Part shown: positions 60,235 to 64,000 of the stretch, piece after piece
How positions within the stretch are numbered: position 1 is the stretch's first letter
Layout: each line of letters begins with the position of its first letter
Assembly: GCA_030704615.1 (NCBI GenBank)
Contig: CM060733.1
Location: 24,738,001-24,802,000, forward strand
Direction: 5' to 3'
DNA length: 64,000 nucleotides
Source: Takakia lepidozioides
Lineage: Eukaryota > Plantae > Bryophyta
The notes under the pieces: model-generated
What the model was told of the DNA's origin: nothing
The model's database searches: none
What the model saw: the letters and a program-made list of their open reading frames with translations, nothing else
Program-made: the position numbers and the translations under genes

Positions 60235-63200
60235 TGATTTTTATTTTTTATTTTTTATTTTTTATTTTTTTGTGCATCAGGGAACAGAGGCCCTGGAAAA
60301 TTTATTGAACGTGCAAACAATGCAAAAGAGGGAGGAAAAAATAACCTCCAAGGGGACCGTAAAGGTGTATTGCATGGGGAATATCCAGCACTAAGAGGGA
60401 GGGGGGAGGACAACAGGAGATAGCGTAAGCAGGAGACAACCTAAGCAAAGAGAGGAGGTGAGAAAAAAAGGCTGTAGCTTAAGAGGATCCGGGAGAGCTA
60501 GGAAACAAGCATCCTTGTGATATGTATTGATCAAATAAATGAGGCCTGAAACTGTTGAGGCCCCGCAACTAAGAAATCAGAGCCCGAAGTCCAGCTGTAC
60601 TTTGGATTTGGCAGCTCGCAGTCTGAGATGCTTCCAGTTGACGTCAATGCCCTCCGAATCAGTTGGCGATTTGCCATTCCCGAGGGATTGTATCATGCCA
60701 AGTGACTCGAGAGTCAGAGACCCTGGTGAGGCCCCTTTGGCCCAGGTGGGTCGAACTCCCCAAATAGTTGTTGACACCTCCTTTCGATGCAGGTCCTGTC
60801 TAAAGATGCAAGCAGGGACACCCATGCCTTTCGCCCCTCAGTCATCAAATCAGAGAATAACTTGAAAAGTATTAATCTGATGTTGAGGCGCTTCCCTTCA
60901 AAAATCAAACTACATCTAGCCTTCCAAATAGACCAGAGAGTGTGCACTCTGAGGCAGGCCCATAACTATGCAATTGTTCCAAATGGAACCATTATGCAGA
61001 TTGAGAAGCAAGAGAGGAGCAAAGTTGTGTGGCACCGGTTTCCAATGAGAGTAAAATGTCTTGACCAACTGCCAAGTCATAACCGCCAAATGACACTCAA
61101 TCAAAGCATGCTCCAAAGTCTCATTCAGGTTGCAGATACAAAGCAGGCATGAGGGATCACTATCTGGGAAGCAAGTTGCCAAGGGAAGTATCCCGTTAGC
61201 CAGCTTCCATAGAAATGCACTAATTTTGGCCAGGGGATGCTTTGCCCAAATGTCCTTCCACACGGAATTCCAACCTGGGAGCTGGATATCAAAGTTCCAC
61301 TTCTGATTCCACTTATCAGCAAAATTGGCCTTTCCCAGGAGCAGCCTATAATTTGTCTTGACAGTGTATCCTAGGAGGGGCGTTTTCTTAGCATCCGTCT
61401 ATGACCATTCGCTCGGGTCAAATTACAGCCTGGTGAGAGGGTAACTTAGGAACCATACGAACGCACATTTTTTTGCCCAGCACACTTCAGCCCCCTGCGG
61501 AGGCTTGGGGTCTGAGTTGGAACCAGAGAGAGCATCGAAGACTCGAATTTTATAGGGCAAATCTCGATGCATGTCTCCGGTCCCGAGAAGTGAGAGCCTT
61601 CCTTCCGGGTATGCTCTGAATAAGAGTCCCTGCCAATGCGAATCAGTTGCCTCAATAGCCAGGAGGGCTAAGAGCCTGTTATCTTTTGAGCAGCCAAACC
61701 AGCAAGGTAGATCATGATTGCTAGAATCAGATCTTCCAAGAAGTAGTGGCTGCACAAAGGAGGCCCCTGCTTGATGTGGTCCCAACCGGATCTAATGGAA
61801 GAAGCAGAAATGAGGGAGGAGAGAAGAGAGGGGTCTAAAAACTGACCATTTTCCCATACATTTGCTATGTGTGAGAACCCTCTTGCCTCCCATGTGGCCC
61901 ACCTCTTGTGGAGCATTGCCAGAGGCTCATATTCCAAATTGATGTTGCCAAACAGAGGCTGGCGAACCGCTTCTTCAAAGCAAGATGCCCTCCTTTGAAT
62001 CAGCTGAGGCCGAATAGATTTCCACGCTTCCCATATGGAGCTCCAAGCCTCCGAGCCGGGCGATTTTGATTTCTTATTCCCATGTACAAGCCACTTGAGG
62101 GATGGCGCCTAGGACGGCGAGTTGGTAGGGAAGGAATGCATCAAATGCGATCTGACCAGAGTGCACCAAGGACTATCGCCATTATAGAGCGCTCTTGGGA
62201 CCCATTTCGCTAGCAAGGCAGCAATCTGCATGAAAGGGTCTAGGAGGCCCAGACCACCTTCTTTGCGCGGCCTATACAATTGAGCCTAGGAAACCAAAGC
62301 TCTTTTCGTGGGGTTTGTGGGGACGCACCCCACAAGAAATTCCTCATAAGAGCTTTAATTTCACCTATGAGCTTAGAGCCTAGCGACCAGACCGAGGCAG
62401 GATACCAAATAGAGGCTAGTAAAACCTGGTTAAGCACAAGGGCCCTACTTGCAATGGAGAGTATCGCCGAACTCCAAAAGGCGAGGTTGTTTCGAAGTTT
62501 TTGCAAGATAGGCTCAAACCTTTGCTCATATGTTAGGCCTATCCCATTCTAGAAACCAAGGAGAGTGTGTGCCGAGCCTGGCGGGAGCCATCTCAAGCCC
62601 AAATCTTGTCCCCAGGGAGTAGCATGATGACTGGAAGAGGAGGCTGGCAACTCCGCGAGGAGCCCTACCGATTTATTCCAGTTTATCTTAAGCCCTGAAG
62701 CCGAGCATAAGAACTGCAATGCTTCCTTAGCTCTGTCAATTTTAGCAGCATCTTTACCGTGGTCTCATCAACATACATGGAGATCTTAATAGAAGGACTC
62801 TGTAGTACCTTTAGACCTATGATGTCTTGTCTGGTACCGAAGTAATGACCTAGAGCATCCACTGCTATAAGAAAAAGATAAGGGGACAGAGGGCAGCCTT
62901 GCCTTACAGACCTGTGTAGAGCAAATGATTTTGAAATAGCACCGTTTACAATTACTTTGTTGGACGCTGAGCTGAGGAGAAGACAAACCCATTTTGAGAA
63001 AACTTCAGGCATTCCCATTTTGACCAAGATTTGATGAAGGAAGCTCCAGTCTATGTTATCAAAAGCCTTTTCAAAGTCTAGCATAAGAATAGACAGGGGT
63101 TGCTTCGAACTTTTGACCTTCTAAATAACTACGTTGATGAGGAGGACATTGTCCAAAATCATCCTGCGGCCTTGTAAGAAACCAGATTGCTCCCGCCTAG

Positions 63201-64000
63201 TAAATCTATCAAGAATGGGCTGCAGTCTTAAGGCTAGAGCCTTGGCGATAATTTTGTAAGTTGTGTTAAGAAGCGTGATGGGCCGGTAATTGGTCATCAG
63301 GTTTCTTTCATCTTTCTTAAAAATTAACGTAATAAGACCAATAGATAGCTGAGACGGCATAATCCCTTTGAGATGAATATCCTTGGCCATCTCTACAAAG
63401 TCTCCCTCAATAGATGACCAGAGGGCTTTATAGAATTCAATGGGCATGCCATCTAGCCCTGACATCTTTCCAGGCTTTAGTGATTTCAAGGCCTCTGCCA
63501 GCTCAGAGTCCGAGAGAGGGGATGAAAGATCCTCAACATCTTTCTCAGATAGGAGGGAAGGAATGTGTTGAAGAATTTCTTCAGAGTCAATCCTGGCCTC
63601 ATTGGATTGGGGCCTCTTCGAAAAAAAAAAGGCAAAATGTTGCTCAACAATTGCTGTCATCTCCTTTGGAGAGGAAGTGGAGGACCCATCCAGTTTTCTG
63701 AGCAAAACAATGGATGAGGCCATCCGCCTTTGCTTGGCTTTGATGAAAAAAATCTGTTCATTTTTTCCCCTTTCAAAGACCAGTTTACCCCAGCTTTCAG
63801 CCGAGCATAGCATTCTCTTTTTCTTGCCTGAAACTCCAGAGACTAGATTTGGCTTTATTATAGTTCATGAGAGTGCTAGGGCCTTTATCTTTGTTTCCCA
63901 AAAGTTGCTGGCAAAGATGGAGGCACTTGAGCAGACATTTTTCCTTTTGAGAAGTGCCATTGCAAGTGCCTTAGAGAGCTCTTGAGCTCTAAGCCGAGTG
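60235..64000 (-). mobile_element. L1-clade LINE (degenerate ORF2 and 3' end), continues beyond the window
   Basis: NYRPITLLNTTYKIIAKAL, LDFEKAFD, SVRQGCPLSPYLF, YVDET, KISAFLWKL..CLLC..EHALIEC; (TTTTTA)n tail at ~60238-60271; frameshifts. Confidence 0.93.

Overview
Eukaryotic nuclear DNA from a land plant, most likely a bryophyte (inferred from gene structures and TE repertoire; not proven). The first ~20 kb is genic, with four spliced genes assembled by hand from GT-AG exons: a bromodomain protein (-, partial), an endosulfine/ARPP19 gene (+), a CMP-sialic-acid-transporter-like nucleotide-sugar transporter (-) and an LCM-family SAM methyltransferase (-). The segment 16148-20709 is tandemly duplicated. 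The second copy (21408-60234) is pseudogenised and has grown to ~39 kb through nested insertions: a Dualen/RandI-like LINE, a Mutator element, CACTA remnants, a Ty3/gypsy remnant, SINEs, a (TC)n-targeting RTE/RTEX-like LINE and an L1 chimera carrying an intact CHZ histone-chaperone ORF. An L1 runs off the right edge. Main observations: (1) the Dualen-like polyprotein carries a chromodomain and a PCIF1/CAPAM-like adenine-methyltransferase-like domain; (2) three different retroelements share a covarying three-way-junction RNA at their 3' ends; (3) a CHZ-L1 chimeric retroelement; (4) a microsatellite-targeting LINE; (5) a gypsy element with a dUTPase-like domain and an intact upstream membrane-protein ORF. 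Domain calls are by eye, without database searches.
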